From: an uncultured Anaerolineales bacterium
GTDB lineage: Bacteria > Chloroflexota > Anaerolineae > Anaerolineales > UBA11858
Assembly: GCA_964457375.1 (NCBI GenBank)
Contig: CAYWFK010000004.1
Span: 8,499 to 72,498 of the forward strand
Length of the DNA stretch: 64,000 nucleotides
Reading direction: 5' to 3'
Shown here: in pieces, positions 56,791 to 64,000 of the stretch
How positions within the stretch are numbered: position 1 is the first letter of the stretch
Layout of the letters: each line of letters begins with the position of its first letter
The notes under the pieces: model-generated
Told to the model about the DNA's origin: nothing
The model's database searches: none
The model's input: only the letters and a program-made list of their open reading frames with translations
Made by a program: the position numbers and the translations under genes

Positions 56791-57064
56791 AATTCTTAGC
56801 AAGTGGTTCCGAAAAATACACCGCTGGATTGCCGTCCCCACAGCAATCCTTATTCCGATTGCATTCATTCTCAAATTCACAAGCGGGCCCGGAAAGCATT
56901 TTCCGCCTCAATTCGAGCAGTTCCAATCGATACTGATGCTCAGTCTGGCAGTAACAGGCAGTTACCTCTTCCTGCTCCCCTACCTCATGAAATGGATTCG
57001 CAAAAGAAGGCCGGCAAGACGCGCCCATAAACAACCCGCACCACCATCAAGGAGAAAAATGTGA
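56783..57064 (+). CDS. small membrane protein
   Basis: 93 aa with 2 TM helices. AAGGAG SD. The start overlaps the end of marR. Confidence 0.55.
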   Translation: MVKILSKWFRKIHRWIAVPTAILIPIAFILKFTSGPGKHFPPQFEQFQSILMLSLAVTGSYLFLLPYLMKWIRKRRPARRAHKQPAPPSRRKM

Positions 57065-57450
57065 AATCCGTCCTGACGAAAATTGCAGCAGTTCTGGCAG
57101 CCTTCATTGGTGCCCTTTCGGTCTATTCCGGATCCCAGGTTGTACTCTTCGGCAAGGTCATGAACTATTATGTCATCGACTGGCTGCCTGTTTACAACCT
57201 GATTGCGGGACTCGTTTCCGTCTGCATCACAGCTGTATTAATCTGGCGAGGGCACAAAGCCGCAATGCCGGCAGCCATTGCCACCCTTTTGGCGCACGGC
57301 ACCGTCATGTTCATTCTCCAAACCGCCTACGGAAAGGTCGTTGCAGCGGAAAGCATCAAAGCCACGATAGTCAGGATTACTTTCTGGATCATCATTCTTG
57401 CACTGCTTTATGCGCAGTCTGTCAAAAACAAAACCCGCCCCGCTGGCTGA
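57061..57450 (+). CDS. hypothetical membrane protein
   Basis: 129 aa with 4 TM helices. The GTG start overlaps the upstream stop and lies behind AAGGAG. Confidence 0.55.
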   Translation: MKSVLTKIAAVLAAFIGALSVYSGSQVVLFGKVMNYYVIDWLPVYNLIAGLVSVCITAVLIWRGHKAAMPAAIATLLAHGTVMFILQTAYGKVVAAESIKATIVRITFWIIILALLYAQSVKNKTRPAG

Positions 57451-57478
57451 ACCGCCCGGGAAAATCAAATCCGAATCG

Positions 57479-57523
57479 AACCGAAGCGCAAGCGGTCATT
57501 ACAGTTTGCGCTTCGGTTTTTTG
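57479..57523 (+). terminator. rho-independent terminator of the marR operon
   Basis: AACCGAAGCGCAA-14 nt-TTGCGCTTCGGTT is a 13-bp stem followed by TTTTTTG. Confidence 0.8.
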
Positions 57524-57554
57524 TGAAACCACCGGTCAAACCGGCGAAAACGGA

Positions 57555-58931
57555 TTACTTGCCTTTTGCAACCAAAGGCAAAAAGACCGGCAATCCCTGA
57601 TGCGCCACTTTCAGATTGCCTTTGGCTGGTAAAAGATATTTGTTAAGTTCCCGATAAGCGATTTTTGCCAAACCCGCCGAATTGACATCCACGGCAACCC
57701 CCATACCTTCATCTACCCAGGAATTTCCCCTATCCACAACTTCGCAATACCATGAAAAGAAAGGGTTTTGGGGACCGCAATTGGTTTTTCCCGGAAGGGC
57801 GGCAATTGCGCTGCCCGGTCTGGCAACCTTTACCACTGCCGGGGCAGAAGAGACAGCAACACTTTGATAAGCAATCAACGGGTAACCGTTTCCGTCTTTC
57901 ACAATAGCCATGCCCATTGGCTTGGCACTCGAACCGACATCATCGATTTTTTCACACTGCCACTCCCAGTGCATCGACACACTGCTGAAACCACAATTCC
58001 CGCCGGTGCCGATATAAGCCGCATATTCCAGGGTGGAACTTGTCACGTTTTGATACGCAATGTGTGGCGTACCGTTGTTCTCCACATACAGCGAAACGAA
58101 CTTGCCGGTATCCAGCGTGTTTTGCTTCACGCTCCTGCTCACCCAGAGTGACCCGGTGTAGGATACGACCACCGGTGTTTTGTTCGTCGAATGGTAATAA
58201 GCCACCGATGGTTTTCCATTCGCATCGATATCAAGCGAAGCATAATAACCGACACCTTTTCCTGATGCCACAACGTCACATTGCCACTTATTGAGAACAA
58301 TACCGGTACCGCAATTACCGGTCCCGTTACCCACATAATGCGCCACGATAAGTTCTTTCGATAATGCTGTGCTATGCTGGTAGGCAACATAAGGAACCCC
58401 ATTGGTATTAAATTTCACCGAGGTATATTTACCATAATACGACAAAACCGATAAGGAAGACTGAACCTTGTACCGATTCCAGTTCAGCCCGCTGGAAACA
58501 TTATTGCCAAGGATGTAGTACAAACCGTGATTGGTTGCATCGTAATACGTAATGATGAATTTCACACCGTTTAAGGTATGTATCGTATCGATCGAATTGT
58601 ACATACCCACATCGCCGCTGGAAACAAGTTTATGACAATGCCACATATTCGCCGGCCCGCAATTTCCGGCTTTCCCGTCGAAAATGGCAAGATACAGGTC
58701 TTTTCCTGCTGCATCGTAATAACTGACAAAGATCTGTCCGGTTACCGGTTCGACAGAAATCGCCACATGCTCACTCACATCAGGCGTCTTATCAATTCGA
58801 TTGATAACCCAACGTGCATTTCCCAGCGATTGAGGCGGTATGACCGATAAGGTTTTCGCAAAACCCGTCAAGATCAAAACGCCCGAAAACACCAGAGAAA
58901 CCAAAATAGCCGCAAGTCGTTTCGTTTTCAT
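57555..58931 (-). CDS. secreted 7-blade beta-propeller-like repeat protein with Cys loops and FLPLVAK tail (paralogue 1)
   Basis: Start at ATG 58931 behind GAGGAG. After the signal/anchor come seven repeats of about 45-60 aa (G.Y.S...D..G.P.IAY...L..A). Four repeats carry a [GT]NCG-x(4-10)-W-x-C loop. The protein ends LPVFLPLVAKGK. Confidence 0.8.
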   Translation of the reverse strand: MKTKRLAAILVSLVFSGVLILTGFAKTLSVIPPQSLGNARWVINRIDKTPDVSEHVAISVEPVTGQIFVSYYDAAGKDLYLAIFDGKAGNCGPANMWHCHKLVSSGDVGMYNSIDTIHTLNGVKFIITYYDATNHGLYYILGNNVSSGLNWNRYKVQSSLSVLSYYGKYTSVKFNTNGVPYVAYQHSTALSKELIVAHYVGNGTGNCGTGIVLNKWQCDVVASGKGVGYYASLDIDANGKPSVAYYHSTNKTPVVVSYTGSLWVSRSVKQNTLDTGKFVSLYVENNGTPHIAYQNVTSSTLEYAAYIGTGGNCGFSSVSMHWEWQCEKIDDVGSSAKPMGMAIVKDGNGYPLIAYQSVAVSSAPAVVKVARPGSAIAALPGKTNCGPQNPFFSWYCEVVDRGNSWVDEGMGVAVDVNSAGLAKIAYRELNKYLLPAKGNLKVAHQGLPVFLPLVAKGK

Positions 58932-59380
58932 TACGATTCTCCTCTCTCCAAACAAACCCATACGCGCAAGCCACATCAGAGACTTGCTTTACGCATTTAA
59001 TAGAATGGGAATCGCATCTTTGTTTTCCCCCGCGCACTTAATCTTCGTAAAATCCCGAAGCAAAGTTACAAAATCACAGTGATGAATGAGCTGTTCGTCA
59101 CAATCATCATCATAAAAATACCAAATTAACGTACAAATGTCAAATATACTTTTGGGCAGCCATAAACTACAATGAGTTGCACACGCTCAGTTTTTCATCA
59201 ATCCCACTACGCTTTCTCTGAAAACCGGAAAAATGATTAGTTGGTGAACCCGGTCAACAGCCATTCATGCGGGAACAATTCCCGGCAGGCGTTACCGGCA
59301 AAACATCAATCATAGCGATGATGCACATTTTCAGCATTCCGCGAAAATCGATAAAATCGCCATCTCGCCACAAACGACAA

Positions 59381-59412
59381 GCGCAAGCCCGGGAAAACCG
59401 TCCGGCTTGCGC
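59381..59412 (-). terminator. probable terminator of paralogue 2
   Basis: On the minus strand a GCGCAAGCCGG / CCGGGCTTGCGC stem with one bulge is followed by TTGTCGTTTG. Confidence 0.5.
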
Positions 59413-59481
59413 CTTGGTTGTTGATACATGCTCCGAATTGTTTTCGGGTCTGCTCTGTTTTCGCCCTATTCAGCAGCCGGT

Positions 59482-60888
59482 TTATTTGCTCTTCGCGACC
59501 AGCGGCAAATACAGGAACAAATGCTGTGCAGCGACTTTCAAGCGCCCCTTGTCCGGCGTTTCATACGTATCCAGTTCCTGATAAGCCACCACAGGTAAAT
59601 TCGCCGAGTTCATCGCCACGGATACAGACGAACCCTCCTCCGTATAGGTATTTATCCCGGCATCTACATAATCACAATACCACGTATGAAATCCCAAAAA
59701 CAGTGGCCCGCAATTCGTTTTGTAGAGAGAAACACCTGCCGCCACTTTCGGGCGGGCAATTTTCACTGCCGGCTGCACCTGAGCTTCCGCGCCATATTGA
59801 TAAGCGATCACCGGCAATCCGTGTGCATCACCGACCAGCGACAACCCCATCGGAATGCTCCCCGCGCCAACATCCTCGATTTCTCCGCAATCCCACTCCG
59901 AACGAAGCGTGATACTGTTGTATCCGCAGTTCCCTCCCGAACCGACATAACTGGCATACTCCACCGTACCTTTTGTTTCATTGTGATACGCAATATGAGC
60001 AACATTGCCATTATCTACGAACAATGAAACATCCCTGCCCGTTTTGTCGGTGCCGTTTTTAACATCCCGCAAAAGCCAGCTGGTGCCATCGAAACCCGCC
60101 ACCACCGGGATATTTTTATTTGCATCGTAATACGCAATTACAGGATGACCCGCACTGTCGAAATCCAGCGCAGCGTTGATACCTACCCCCTGCCCGCTGG
60201 CAACCGTATCACACTGCCACTGTCCCGCTTCGTCGCCTTCGCCGCAATTTCCCGTACCGTCCCCAACGAAATGCGCAAGCATTTGTTTGCTCGATGAAAG
60301 AAGAGACCGATTGTAAGCAATATACGGTATCCCGTTTTTATTGAATTTCAATGAGGTATATTGCCCGGTGCGATTCGTAATGATCGCACTCGATTGAACT
60401 TTACTTGCCAACCAGGAAAAACCGGAAGATTGATTGAACCCGCTAATATACTTCAGCCCGCGGTTTGTTGCATCATAATAGGATATGCCAAACTCGACAC
60501 CATCCGGGTTGCCAAGCGTATCAATCGAATTGAACTTCCCGACGTCGCCGACCGAATCAAGTTTGTGGCAATGCCAGGTGTTTCCCGGACCACAGTCACC
60601 TTTCTTGCCATCGTAAATTGCCAAATACAAATCTTTGCCGGCTTGATCATAATAACTGACAAAAATCTGGCCCGAAGACGGCTCTATGGATAGAGAAACA
60701 TACTCACCGACGTTTCTGGTGCCGTCGATCGTACTCAGCACCCATTGAGCATCCGGGTATGCTATTGCACTTGCCATCCGGGATTCGTGGTTTGCCTCAT
60801 GCACCGAAGCCTGAACAAGCCTTGTTCCTGCCACCCAGACAATCAATAAACCCAATGTCATCCCGATGACAACCGCTTTTTTCTTCAT
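59482..60888 (-). CDS. secreted 7-blade beta-propeller-like repeat protein with Cys loops and YLPLVAK tail (paralogue 2)
   Basis: Start at ATG 60888 behind AAGGAG. It has the same repeat architecture as 57555..58931. In the N-terminal block I hand-aligned, 73 of 107 positions are identical. The protein ends LFLYLPLVAKSK. Confidence 0.8.
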   Translation of the reverse strand: MKKKAVVIGMTLGLLIVWVAGTRLVQASVHEANHESRMASAIAYPDAQWVLSTIDGTRNVGEYVSLSIEPSSGQIFVSYYDQAGKDLYLAIYDGKKGDCGPGNTWHCHKLDSVGDVGKFNSIDTLGNPDGVEFGISYYDATNRGLKYISGFNQSSGFSWLASKVQSSAIITNRTGQYTSLKFNKNGIPYIAYNRSLLSSSKQMLAHFVGDGTGNCGEGDEAGQWQCDTVASGQGVGINAALDFDSAGHPVIAYYDANKNIPVVAGFDGTSWLLRDVKNGTDKTGRDVSLFVDNGNVAHIAYHNETKGTVEYASYVGSGGNCGYNSITLRSEWDCGEIEDVGAGSIPMGLSLVGDAHGLPVIAYQYGAEAQVQPAVKIARPKVAAGVSLYKTNCGPLFLGFHTWYCDYVDAGINTYTEEGSSVSVAMNSANLPVVAYQELDTYETPDKGRLKVAAQHLFLYLPLVAKSK

Positions 60889-61205
60889 ACTACTCTCCTT
60901 GGAATGTTCCCGAATACTTGTTATTCCTAATAAAACAAATCGGGGATATACGGATTCAATCAATTACGGCTCCTTATATCTCGCCCGTTTATCATAATAC
61001 AATTCTATTAGTCTGACACAATTGTTCCCAAACAATATCACCAGAACGCTGAAAATCCCCCTGTTTACCACATCCATAAGTACTAAAACACAACACCTAT
61101 TTTTCGGTTATAATCCAATATCAACAACACCCCCCGATAACTATCATCATCGTTCACTCCTTTCATCCCCACAGATAAGTCTTTTCTGGAAATCAGGAGG
61201 CAAAT

Positions 61206-62453
61206 ATGCCGAACAAAAGAATTTGGGTCATTGCAGGAATCCTGCTGCTTGTTTGCTTGATAGAAGTACCTTTTGTATTTGCATCAACCACAATTACCGT
61301 CGACACGACCGATGATGAATTTAACACAGACGGGGATTGTTCCTTGCGAGAGGCAATCCATGCAGCAGACACGGATACCGCCGTCGATAACTGCCCGGCA
61401 GGGAACGGGAACGATACCATCATCCTCCCTGCGGGTATTTATACCCTGACAGTAGCTGGTGCCAGCGAAAACCATGGGCTGACCGGCGATCTGGATATCC
61501 GCACCACAGACGGGCTAACGATACAAGGTGCAGATGTTTCGAATACAATCATCGACGGAGGCGGTATCGACCGGGTTTTCCATGTCGTTTCTTACAATGA
61601 CCGCCTTACTCTAAAAAAAATGACAATCCGCCATGGTTCCCCTCCAAGCGGGGAAAGTGCAGGCGGCATTCTCAACAATGGCATTCTTGTATTGGACCAC
61701 GTCGTTGTAAAAGATTCTGAAACAAAATCCACACCCAGCCAGAACCCTGTCGGCGGCGGCATTTGTAACGGTTGCGGCAACGGAACAGGAGTGTTAACGC
61801 TGGTCGATACGATCATCTCGGGGAACGAGTCTACACGTGGCGGCGGGATTTTCACCAACCACATCCTGACTATAACGCACAGCACCATCACCGCTAACAA
61901 AGCGAAATCAGGCGGTGGACTGGTAAACTACGGCAATGTCTCCATCATCAATTCAACCGTAAGCAATAACTCGGTAACCCATTCCACTTCGAATATCATG
62001 CACCTGAACAATTTTCTCACGATAACAAATTCAACAATCGATGGAATTTCTTCCCCGCCACACACATTCAACATCTACGCAATGTCTGCGGCGACGATGA
62101 CAATCGTCAACACCATCGTGACGAACGACCCTGCAAACTACAATTGTTCTGCTTACACAAACACGGTTCGATCACTCGGGCACAATCTTGACAATGGGAA
62201 CACATGCCATTTTTCCGCCACGGGCGATTTGACCAACACCAACCCCCTGCTTGGTCCTCTTGCGTCCAATGGCGGTGCGACCCCTACACATGCACTATTA
62301 ACCGGAAGCCCGGCGATCGATGCCGGAGATAACACCTACTGCCCGCAGACCGACCAGCGCTGGTTTTCCAGGCCTTTCGGATCAGCCTGCGATATCGGTG
62401 CGTTCGAGTTTTCGCTTCCGAAAATTTACCTGCCCTTTGTGCTGAAAAACTGA
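61206..62453 (+). CDS. secreted CSLREA-domain parallel beta-helix protein (choice-of-anchor-Q-like) with YLPFVLK tail
   Basis: Signal peptide, then the literal motif DGDCSLREAIHAA and beta-helix repeats. The C-terminal block GHNLDNGNTCHF..GDL...NPLLGPLASNGGATPTHALL.GSPAIDAG ... CDIGAFEF follows. The protein ends LPKIYLPFVLKN. AGGAGG SD. Confidence 0.85.
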   Translation: MPNKRIWVIAGILLLVCLIEVPFVFASTTITVDTTDDEFNTDGDCSLREAIHAADTDTAVDNCPAGNGNDTIILPAGIYTLTVAGASENHGLTGDLDIRTTDGLTIQGADVSNTIIDGGGIDRVFHVVSYNDRLTLKKMTIRHGSPPSGESAGGILNNGILVLDHVVVKDSETKSTPSQNPVGGGICNGCGNGTGVLTLVDTIISGNESTRGGGIFTNHILTITHSTITANKAKSGGGLVNYGNVSIINSTVSNNSVTHSTSNIMHLNNFLTITNSTIDGISSPPHTFNIYAMSAATMTIVNTIVTNDPANYNCSAYTNTVRSLGHNLDNGNTCHFSATGDLTNTNPLLGPLASNGGATPTHALLTGSPAIDAGDNTYCPQTDQRWFSRPFGSACDIGAFEFSLPKIYLPFVLKN

Positions 62454-62487
62454 GCAGCCGGAAGTTTGTCAACCGGTAAGAATACAA

Positions 62488-62527
62488 AAACCGCTGTTCC
62501 CTGATTGAAGCCTCGGAACAGCGGTTT
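62488..62527. terminator. bidirectional rho-independent terminator
   Basis: AAACCGCTGTTCC-14 nt-GGAACAGCGGTTT is a 13-bp stem followed by CTTTCT. It lies between the convergent genes 61206..62453 and 62597..63067. Confidence 0.75.
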
Positions 62528-62596
62528 CTTTCTCCGTCCTCATCGTCCGTCCTCATCCCGAAAATGTTTCCGGGGTCTTTCGCCTCAATGCGGCAA

Positions 62597-63067
62597 TCAG
62601 GCGATACCGATGAAATCCCGCAGTTTTTGTGCTTTTTCCTGCTTCTTTTTCAATCCGCCGGTGTACATTCCTTGCAAAGGAACAATTTTTCCGTCTTTCT
62701 GATGCACTTCGATCCGGTAAGTCTTCGTGCCGTCTTCATTGTCGTAGGATGTGCCAATCTGTATGGTCGCAATATCCTCGAACAGGATTTCATCCGTCGA
62801 TTTGGTCAGCAGCGAACGGCTGGAAACAATCAGCACACGGTCATTCTTATCTGCTGTAACCGCCACAGACGTGGAAATAAGCAAAACGATAATCGCAAAC
62901 ACAGTGACGATAACCGCCCCAATCCATTGCTTCGGATTGTTGAAGAAAATATACCCCGCCACGAAGAACAAAAAAACGCCCACAACCCAGCTGATAATCG
63001 GCTTCTCATGAAATGTCAATTTGTTTTGTGTAATCTTCATTTTGTTTTCTCGCTTTCTTTCGCTCAT
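62597..63067 (-). CDS. hypothetical membrane protein
   Basis: Two N-terminal TM helices plus a small beta-rich C-domain. The start is uncertain: ATG 63067, ATG 63040 or the upstream 63139. Confidence 0.5.
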   Translation of the reverse strand: MSERKRENKMKITQNKLTFHEKPIISWVVGVFLFFVAGYIFFNNPKQWIGAVIVTVFAIIVLLISTSVAVTADKNDRVLIVSSRSLLTKSTDEILFEDIATIQIGTSYDNEDGTKTYRIEVHQKDGKIVPLQGMYTGGLKKKQEKAQKLRDFIGIA

Positions 63068-63323
63068 GGTAGTTTGAAGCCGCCGAAGAAAACGCGTTGC
63101 ATTTTCCGGCAATAATGCTTCGGGTTGTTTTCCCTTCAACCCCCTGAAAATTCAGCGGGATGATTTCCGCTGCTCACACGTAAATAGAAAGCGATTTTTC
63201 AACCGGAGAGAGGCAAACCCAAAGATCATCGCCTGTTCCGGGCTGCACACGCATGCCGAAAGTCAAACCGCTTTCAGCATGCATATACCTAGTCAACAAA
63301 ATGATTGTTTGCCATCCACCCGG

Positions 63324-63677
63324 CTATTGTTCCGGTTGGTATATCATCGTCCGCACAGCATGGTTATGCTCATCACAAAAAACAACTTTTGCAGGTTCCA
63401 TCGAATCGCCAATCTGAAAAGTCATCAAAATGCACTTGTCCCCCACCTCGCCCAGGCGCGCTGCCGCGCCATTGAGGGCAAACTCCCCGTCTTCGCCGGG
63501 GAACAGATACGTAATCCATCGCTGCCCGTTGGATACATTGACGACCTGTACCTGCTCATAAACTTGCATACCTGCCATTTCCAGCAGTTTCCGGTCTACG
63601 GTAACGCTGCCGTTATAATGCAGGGACTTGCTTGTAATACGGATTCCGTGAATCTTGCCGCCAACAAATGTTCTCAT
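63324..63677 (-). CDS. panD: aspartate 1-decarboxylase proenzyme
   Basis: MRTFVGGKIHGIRITSKSLHYNGSVTVD carries the self-cleavage G-S within HYxGS, and NGAAA occurs later. Start at the internal ATG 63677. Confidence 0.9.
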   Translation of the reverse strand: MRTFVGGKIHGIRITSKSLHYNGSVTVDRKLLEMAGMQVYEQVQVVNVSNGQRWITYLFPGEDGEFALNGAAARLGEVGDKCILMTFQIGDSMEPAKVVFCDEHNHAVRTMIYQPEQ

Positions 63678-63844
63678 AAAATAAACCTGTTCCTTTTTAT
63701 AGTAATCGAACCTTATTTTATCGTGATTCCCGATTCCGCGCAAAGCATCTCTACATTTTCTATCAAAGAAAAGCAGCCGGCAGAATATCTCAATCTGCCG
63801 GCTGCCTGCATCGATATCACCACAGGAACTATCCCCGAAATGAA

Positions 63845-64000
63845 TTACACCACTTTCTGGATAATCTTTCCGCTTGCCTTCTCTTTGAGGATATATTTCA
63901 TCCTGCCATCCGGCATCTTTTCCGACTTGATCAAAAAATGCTCGGCATCGAACTCTTCCAGAGCAACTTCGCTTTCGACAGCGTCCTCCCCGCGCCAGTC
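63845..64000 (-). CDS. 3' end of an unidentified CDS truncated by the window edge
   Basis: An open frame of 52 codons runs from the window edge to TAA at 63845-63847 (..EEFDAEHFLIKSEKMPDGRMKYILKEKASGKIIQKVV*). No family recognised. Confidence 0.35.
   Translation of the reverse strand, partial: DWRGEDAVESEVALEEFDAEHFLIKSEKMPDGRMKYILKEKASGKIIQKVV

Noticed and set aside
1-64000. Looked for CRISPR arrays, tRNA/rRNA genes, transposases, integrases and IS-type terminal repeats
   Set aside because: I saw no regularly spaced direct repeats, no tRNA-like T-arm/acceptor motifs and no recombinase-like ORFs by eye. A tRNAscan/Infernal/ISfinder run would be needed to exclude them formally.

Overview
This 64-kb window looks like ordinary chromosome. 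I call about 60 protein-coding genes on both strands and see no rRNA, tRNA, CRISPR array, transposase or integrase. All family calls come from reading the translations by eye; no searches were run.

Housekeeping and stress genes include RidA, MoaA, PanD, ComEC, a FabG-like SDR, a crotonase, DegV, NUDIX, HAD, an RNase J-like beta-CASP enzyme, prolyl oligopeptidase, LysM-M23, TerC, VIT1/CCC1, superoxide reductase with a half-ferritin, and a heme-c GGDEF cyclase.

Two envelope/secretome islands sit among them, at 9.5-23.8 kb and 57.5-62.5 kb. They encode large signal-peptide proteins: CSLREA-type parallel beta-helix proteins, an HExxH+DUF11 protein and two tandem 7-blade propeller paralogues.

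The strongest observation is that all seven of these secreted proteins, and no other CDS here, end in the same short tail. The tail is [IVFL]-[YF]-L-P-[FLV]-[VIA]-x-[KR] followed by 1-5 residues and the stop codon. It looks like an unnamed C-terminal sorting or anchoring signal.

Other candidates are:
- a translationally coupled HerA/FtsK-like ATPase and DUF45 Zn-peptidase pair
- a SARP-NB-ARC-TPR regulator divergent from a small-ORF/protease/beta-helix operon
- an MtlR-like protein paired with an SPPY (m4C-type) DNA methyltransferase
- several clean regulatory palindromes

Gene content (CSLREA proteins, superoxide reductase, roughly 50% GC by eye) suggests an anaerobic Chloroflexota (Anaerolineae-like) genome. 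That is inference only.
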